Assembly: GCA_036351155.1 (NCBI GenBank)
Contig: JAZBOO010000203.1
Span: 1-18,061, forward strand
DNA length: 18,061 bases
Source of the DNA: Candidatus Krumholzibacteriia bacterium
GTDB lineage: Bacteria; Krumholzibacteriota; Krumholzibacteriia; LZORAL124-64-63
Reading direction: 5' to 3'
Notes under the pieces: generated by a model
The model's input: only the letters and a program-made list of their open reading frames with translations
Told to the model about the DNA's origin: nothing
The model's database searches: none
Position numbers and translations under genes: made by a program
Shown here: positions 15,999 through 18,061 of the stretch, in pieces
How the letters are laid out: each line of letters starts with the position of its first letter
Position numbering within the stretch: position 1 is the first letter of the stretch

Positions 15999-17189
15999 AT
16001 GATGCCGACCTTTCCCAGCCAGACCAGGTGCATTGGTATCCTCACCTCCGGTGGGGACTGCCCCGGGCTGAACGCCGCCATCCGTGGCATCACCAAGGCG
16101 GCCATTCAGGATTACGGCATCCAGGTGGTGGGCATTCTCGACGGTTTTCGGGGTCTGGTGGAAAATCGCACCCGCCCCCTGGGCTACCAGGATCTGAGCG
16201 GTGTCCTCACACTGGGTGGAACCATCCTGGGCACTTCCCGCGACAAAATTCACAAGATGCCCATGGGCACCAAGGTTCTGGACATGACCCAGGTGGCCAT
16301 CGAGAACGCGCGCAACAACGGCTTCGACTGCGTGGTTTGTCTGGGTGGCGGAGGAACTCAGAAGAACGCCTACCATCTCCAGAAGGCCGGCCTGAACGTC
16401 TTGACTCTGCCCAAGACCATCGACAATGACATCTGGGCCACCGATGTATCCTTCGGCTTCGACACCGCCATGTCCATCGCGGCCCAGGCCATCGATCGTC
16501 TGCACACCACGGCCACCAGCCATGACCGGATCATCGTGGTGGAAACCATGGGTCACGACGCCGGGTGGCTGGCCCTGGGTGCCGGCATCGCCGGCGGAGC
16601 CGACGTGATTCTCCTTCCCGAAATCCCCTACGACCTGCAGGCCATCGGCGAGTTCATGACCGAGCGGCAAAGGCGCTATGGGAAGCGGTTTTCGATTGTC
16701 GCGGTGGCCGAAGCGGCCCAGAGCCGGGAAGAGATGGCCAGCAAGGCCGGCCGGAAGAATACCGACAGCACGCAGGCGGCCCTGGACAAGCAGAGAAAGG
16801 AAGCAGAACGGTTGACCGGAGGCTTCCGCCTGGTCAAGGAATCGCGGGCCAGCCGGGTGGCCCGGGAACTGCAAAGCGTGACCCGGACCGAGGCCAGGGT
16901 CACCTCACTCGGACACGTACAACGAGGCGGAGTGCCCACCGCCAAGGACCGCCTGCTGGCCACTCACCTGGGCGTCCGAGCCGCCGAATTGCTGGCCGAA
17001 GGCCATTACAACTGCATGGTGTCCTATCAGGGTGGGCGTGCCGTTCCCGTCCCCTTGTCCGAGGTGGCCGGCCGTAAAAAGCTGGTCACCCCGGACCACC
17101 CCTGGGTGGCCACCGCGCGGCGGGTGGGGACCAACCTGGGCATCTCCGACCAGGAACTGCGGACACTTATCCAGGCCACCCAGGCCTGA
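15999..17189 (+). CDS. pfkA: 6-phosphofructokinase (PfkA family, group III-like)
   Basis: IGILTSGGDCPGLNAAIR, GGTILGTSR, PKTIDND, VETMGH.AGWLAL and LGHVQRGG motifs. Start is ATG at 15999 or 16002 after AGGA. Confidence 0.93.
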   Translation: MMPTFPSQTRCIGILTSGGDCPGLNAAIRGITKAAIQDYGIQVVGILDGFRGLVENRTRPLGYQDLSGVLTLGGTILGTSRDKIHKMPMGTKVLDMTQVAIENARNNGFDCVVCLGGGGTQKNAYHLQKAGLNVLTLPKTIDNDIWATDVSFGFDTAMSIAAQAIDRLHTTATSHDRIIVVETMGHDAGWLALGAGIAGGADVILLPEIPYDLQAIGEFMTERQRRYGKRFSIVAVAEAAQSREEMASKAGRKNTDSTQAALDKQRKEAERLTGGFRLVKESRASRVARELQSVTRTEARVTSLGHVQRGGVPTAKDRLLATHLGVRAAELLAEGHYNCMVSYQGGRAVPVPLSEVAGRKKLVTPDHPWVATARRVGTNLGISDQELRTLIQATQA

Positions 17190-17203
17190 GCCCCGGTTCG
17201 CCC

Positions 17204-17977
17204 ATGTCACCTCTCCCCCATCGTATCGCCCTGCTGACCGACGTGCACGCCAACCTGCCAGCCCTGGAAGCCGTGCTGGGCCATGCCGCATCACAGGGCG
17301 TCGATGAGTTCTGGGACGCAGGCGACAGCCTGGGCTATGGAGCTTTTCCCGGGGAATGCCTGGAGTTGCTGGGACGGACCTGTCGCCGTCAGGTCCTGGG
17401 AAACTATGACGCCAAGGTGCTCAAGGTGCCCCGGCGCGGGGCCCGCTGGGCGAAATCCAAGCATCCTCTGAAATGGGAGGCCTTTCGGTGGACCTGGGAA
17501 CAACTGAAAACCCGGCAGCGTGAAAGGTTGGCCTCCCTTCCCCACCAGGTGATAGAGACGGTGGCGGGGCACACTCTGGTCCTGCGGCATGCGGTGGCCA
17601 ATGCCCTGGAGGAACTGGAAGACGGCGATCAGCGAACCCTCATTTACCAGGATCTGGCCAGGGAGTATGCGGCGCTGGATGGCCCGGTGGTGGTTCTCGG
17701 GGGCCACCTCCATCACCCGTATGTCGACCTGGCTGCGGGGAAAGAGCTGGCCCTGGTGGTGGCCGGGCCCGTGGGCCGCGCGCTGGGCAGGGATCCGCGG
17801 GCCCATTACACAGTTCTGGAGCTCAGTCCGGGAAGTTGCCAGGCCACCGCACACCGTGTGTCCTATGATACGGGGCGAGCTGCTGATGCCATCCGCCGGG
17901 AAGGGCAGCCCGAGGCTTTCGCGGTCATGGTGGAAAAAGGCATCGGGCTGGAAGAAGCCCTGGCCGAGCTCAGATAG
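17204..17977 (+). CDS. Calcineurin-like metallophosphoesterase (YfcE/MJ0936-like)
   Basis: DVHANLPALEAVL, AGDSLGYG.FP, GNYD, GHLHHP and RVSYD motifs. Confidence 0.88.
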   Translation: MSPLPHRIALLTDVHANLPALEAVLGHAASQGVDEFWDAGDSLGYGAFPGECLELLGRTCRRQVLGNYDAKVLKVPRRGARWAKSKHPLKWEAFRWTWEQLKTRQRERLASLPHQVIETVAGHTLVLRHAVANALEELEDGDQRTLIYQDLAREYAALDGPVVVLGGHLHHPYVDLAAGKELALVVAGPVGRALGRDPRAHYTVLELSPGSCQATAHRVSYDTGRAADAIRREGQPEAFAVMVEKGIGLEEALAELR

Positions 17978-18061
17978 CCATGGCGCGCGGAGGAATCAGC
18001 CAGATCAGATCACCGGCCGCAGGATTCTCCTGGTAAAGATCCACCCGGACCAGGCTCCCCT
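17970..18061 (-). CDS. 3' end of a probable SixA-like histidine phosphatase (partial)
   Basis: The minus-strand frame reads GSLVRVDLYQENPAAGDLIWLIPPRAMAI*, resembling the SixA C-terminal pattern 'KG....ld......g.L.Wl..P'. The stop overlaps the end of the convergent gene. Confidence 0.5.
   Translation of the reverse strand, partial: GSLVRVDLYQENPAAGDLIWLIPPRAMAI

Noticed and set aside
17980..18036. Short plus-strand ORF MARGGISQ... after the phosphoesterase
   Set aside because: It is only 18 codons long, and the opposite strand gives a more convincing SixA-like C-terminus.

Overview
GC-rich bacterial chromosomal window, probably from a diderm FCB-group-related lineage outside Bacteroidetes (inferred from the SprA homologue and long LptF). 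No rRNA, tRNA, CRISPR array or transposase is visible. The left part (1-4.7 kb) is a signalling or polarity-like cluster: end of a TPR gene, cheY, uppP, a multi-TPR protein, a degenerate MglA-family small GTPase, a divergent hypothetical gene and a zinc-ribbon protein with a RomX-like C-terminal domain. This cluster carries two back-to-back sigma54-type and two sigma28-type promoter motifs. The middle part is an envelope block: an M28 glutaminyl-cyclase-like enzyme, an approximately 200-bp nested palindrome, a 2148-aa SprA (T9SS translocon family) gene, and divergent lptF-lptG. The right part holds a PKD lipoprotein with terminator, pfkA, a metallophosphoesterase and the 3' end of a convergent SixA-like gene. 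The most notable items are the apparent MglA pseudo-GTPase with a ZnR-RomX-like neighbour, the promoter motifs, the long palindrome, and the SprA plus glutaminyl cyclase pairing. All family assignments are from motif recognition by eye; no database search was run.
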